Part shown: in pieces, positions 60,430-64,000 of the stretch
Layout of the letters: every line of letters begins with the position of its first letter
Numbering within the stretch: the first letter of the stretch is position 1
Assembly: GCA_002104905.1 (NCBI GenBank)
Contig: MCFE01000256.1
Span: forward strand, 1 to 64,000
Direction: 5' to 3'
Source: Basidiobolus meristosporus CBS 931.73
Lineage: Eukaryota > Fungi > Basidiobolomycota
DNA length: 64,000 bases
Notes under the pieces: generated by a model
What the model saw: only the letters and a program-made list of their open reading frames with translations
Database searches by the model: none
Told to the model about the DNA's origin: nothing
Program-made: the position numbers and the translations under genes

Positions 60430-63400
60430 AATAGTGGCCAAATTCCGATCTTCGTTGCATGGCAGCTATATGGTATCAGGGGAATGAATTTGGGGCAAAT
60501 ATTGTGACTTACATAATACCCTCTTTTGACTGATAAGTTAGCCTTGGTAATGACAAGAGAAGCGCATTGATCCACCGGGTTAGGTGCCATTAAGATGATT
60601 AAACTGAAAATGGGCTACTTCCCACTAAGTGTGGTTGATGAAAACCCAGAGGCGTTAGAACGGACCTACTTGGCTGAGTAGCAACGCATGAATCAGGATT
60701 AATTATCGATGGGATAATTTTAGGAGTATAAACGTTACTCTGAATATGCAATATGCTGGGGCAGAATAATGAGTTTTTACCAACAAATCTAACCTACCAG
60801 CCCTCCTCCTTCATGCATTAAAAAACAGAGCTAGTTATGGCTATAGTACTGCGAATATAATCACCGGGACTGCGCACGGATGAAGTTTGACATTTGGCCT
60901 AGAGCAGCTGATGACCCATAGATTTCCTTCAGATACAAGCTAGTAGCCGAACGATGGCTGACATCATTCCAAGACGTATTGGAGAGCAAAGGTAATATAG
61001 TAGATCAAGTGAATAAACTAGCCCGACATTAGTTGTAATGAAAGGAGAATTTCTACGGGTCCAACAAGCAAGTAGCCATCATGCAAGCAACACGTAAGCG
61101 TCTACATATTCTAGTGAATATCCCCGTATTATAAACTATCCCATGAAAGCCAGTATGTTGCTGATATATGGGCGATTAATTGGAAAGACACACCTAATGC
61201 CATATCACAGACCACACTGGAATTTCATCTAGTGCCAGAACTGCTAATACGGCTGGCATGTGATGGCTCACGGATCGTAATGATTCAGAATTCGGCTGGT
61301 GTGTGCAATCTTCTCACCTATTTCGCTGTGTATGATTGATCAAGGAATATCATCCTTGCAGTAGAGAAGCACTAGCACCGCTCTGGTTGTATGGTGATGG
61401 CCCCAAGGGAGGCACAGCAACCACAGGTCGCATAAAGGATGCAGCAAACGCTGATTGCTGGATAGTACACTGGTTTACATGTTTACTACAGAAAGGTCAT
61501 GGAGGGTAAATAGGAGGGCCATCTGGAGTGCCCAATGAACAAGGAGTAATATGTAACATAGAATACCTGCTGCAAACCTGGGATACTTTTACTGGAGTTA
61601 TACGTGGGCTCATTAACCCTCATATAGAGGGCTCTCCAGAAGCCACTACGCATTTAATCAAGATGCCCAGAAGATACACAGATGTTACTTCATTTCATGC
61701 ATTCGGATATAATCCATCCCATGTGAAAGCCACCAATCGCTTATGTTGACATGGACTTCAAAGGACCACCAATGGTGGGATCAATGATCGAGCACTTCGT
61801 CTTGGGTGCGAATCAAGCAATGCGCAATTTACTGAGGAGTTTGGCCCTTCAATCGTTCTGCATATGAGGTGTGTGCCATAAGCCTAGGAAAGGCTTTTAT
61901 TACCTCCGCTAATGGCATTAGTGATCTGCATCTACCACATTTCGGCCTCAATCCTGTAACCAGTGGCTTAGTCATGACTTCCGCAAAGTTCGAGCATCCT
62001 AGTAGAAGGGCGGTGGAGCAAAGTGCATGATAGGTTAGGACGGCACCTCACGGCATTTCTGGGAGTGGGACTCGCTGTCCATTGGGCTCCCGATGTCTCT
62101 CTCACCTATATGGAAAATACAGACCATCGTGCATTGCACCCATACCATCCGAACCATAGTTGACAAGGGAGGCCTAGTAACACTACGAGGCAATTCGTAA
62201 TTTCTGCACGTTGTCATATACTCGAAGTTCATTCAGCACAGATGAAAATATTGAATTTACCTGTAAAAGGAAGTTGGTTTTTGGGCAGAGGGAATTTGGG
62301 GAAGACTCGCCAGTTGGAATGGCCCAAAGACCCCTGCATGTGTCCAGATATTGGGTAACTGATAACTACATCTATCGGTGTATATCCTACGGCCCAACCA
62401 TATGCTTCTCACTAATCGGGTGGGTTGAGGATCTCAGGTACTCGTAGTAACCCCCCCCCCTGGAAGAGGTTCCCGGATTGAGCAAAAGTGATTGCGATGG
62501 GCACTGAGGCTTCAAAGCAGTCACTGTCGCCTATGGTTTGGCCAGAGGGTGACGCCTCGTATCTTCGAGGATTTTCCAGGCCTAGTCATGGTTTCTGACA
62601 TGATCTTTGCGGATCAGCATATGTTTGCAACTCAAACTCGACTTCCCCAAATGGTGCTCTGAAATTGGTTTAATTAGCCGAGTCCTGCTCCACGTTCTAC
62701 GATGAGTAATGTGCGTATATATGAATCTTTAATTAAGCTTGGATCCATGCGAACAATCTCCATTGGACTTCAAATAAACAGTGAGAACCGCTGGCTATGT
62801 GTGGGATCCCAGTCATCATACGGTTTGAGATTTCCTTTGGGTGGACTATTCAAGCAGAGCCTTGGATCTGGCTGTGTTGGCATCACTAAGCGAATAACTT
62901 GTATTCTGGAAGATGATACCGGATTCGTATATTAAGCGGCCTTTGTGAAAACAATCCATTTGTTACACATATGGTAGCATGTATATTTCATGGCGGATCA
63001 TGTCATCAATAACCATTCACTTGTCATGAAGATGCGGCCATAGAATCTCGCTGGCATTGTTGCCCAATTCCTCATTCCTGCATTCGACGCTCAAGGAGAC
63101 TGCCACAAATCACTTACCTCGCATTTGTTTGGCCCGCCCAAAAGCATGGCCATTGGAATCCCGGATGTTATTGGAGTGTAGATAGCTTCATCAATCATGG
63201 CACTCTGCAATGGAGCAATCGGATATCGATGAGATAAGGATTGGCTCACACTCTCCGACCATTCATTGCACGGCTCCTGCCAGACCATAAAGTTTGTCGC
63301 TGATGTGAAGCCCTATATTTCAGTGTGCTCTGTCAGTGGGTCTGAAGAACGGCCCGATTTGAATAGGAAGAGAAGGTGTGGCCCAAGGCCATATTTGAAA

Positions 63401-64000
63401 CATACACACGGTTTCTCTGCAAGATTGGGGCTCAAGGCATGAAATTGCAGTTTTGGGTGGATGATAACGACTGGGTATGGGCAGCATGGCAGAAAGGCTG
63501 GCCTCAATGTCCGTCCCAGCATTCAGGTTTAGGCGTTGGGCCGGTGGTATTTCTCTTCTAAGCTAGGCCTGTCCCAGCCCTACAAATGTAACAATAGACC
63601 AGCAACATTTCACAATTGATTAGTTCAAATAGCATCCGAATATTGATCTAATCAATGAAACATGGATGTCAGAAAGTGGTAAAAGTACTATCATGGTCCA
63701 AGAGAATTACGTGTGAGATTTAGATGCTTCGGTGAGTAAAAGTACCAATGGATAGCTCATCCACAGGCAAAGGAATGGCCCAACACACTTTGCAACATGG
63801 AATGATGGGATCGCAATGACTAGTTTGCCCATGAATTCTGGATTTGGACTTGAACGGATATATTTCAGTATATAAAATGAGCGATTGAACTGCAGAGTCA
63901 GAAGAAAGACGCATCAAATATGGAAGATATCTACTGAATCCCTGATTGATTCTTGCCTTACACCGGCTTGAGATTAGCAACAGAATGGAGATACATATAT

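Noticed and set aside
62451-62460. C10 homopolymer as a G-quadruplex or phase-variation site
   Set aside because: It is a single run with no coding context; homopolymer length is also error-prone.
60600-63520. Faint resemblance to Ty3 RT/integrase motifs (e.g. EYLLQTWDTFTG; AIYTPITSGIPMAMLLG; CFKYGL)
   Set aside because: The similarity is too weak and discontinuous to support by eye; it needs a profile-HMM search.
1-64000. Classical CpA-directed RIP as the cause of TE decay
   Set aside because: The differences inspected between sister copies centre on CpG in all 5' contexts rather than CpA; a full count is still needed.
1-64000. CRISPR arrays, rRNA or tRNA genes
   Set aside because: No regularly spaced short repeats or RNA gene structures were seen; the tRNA-like 12-17-mers are retrotransposon PBSs.

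Overview
This is a eukaryotic, probably fungal, window; the short GT-AG introns and an Nha1-type gene suggest an early-diverging lineage, but the taxon cannot be fixed from sequence alone. It holds one clear host gene: a 10-exon CPA1-family Na+(K+)/H+ antiporter (50744-53015, +, 579 aa after manual splicing). Most of the rest is nested transposons. (i) A Ty1/Copia family with ~349-bp LTRs and a half-tRNAiMet PBS: one full-length decayed copy at 53663-58246, plus truncated, tandem and solo copies. (ii) A Ty3/Gypsy family with 368-bp LTRs and 4-bp TSDs, including an intact copy with identical LTRs (16541-21478) and an older sister copy (10541-15445). (iii) A second Ty3 family with ~1.07-kb LTRs and a tRNA-Lys PBS (36714-43828). 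(iv) CACTA/EnSpm-like transposase relics with CCCTA-ended MITEs. (v) DDE_Tnp_4 (PIF/Harbinger-IS5-like) relics and a 731-bp foldback derivative. CpG is almost absent from the repeats but abundant around the gene and in the last ~4.7 kb, and many differences between TE copies are CG>TG/CA. No rRNA, tRNA gene or CRISPR array was found. I did not find a clearly new multi-gene system. The most unusual signals are the repeat-restricted CpG erosion, a foldback element whose arm identity changes stepwise, an apparent GCGY target preference, and recurrent self-nesting and tandem LTR junctions.
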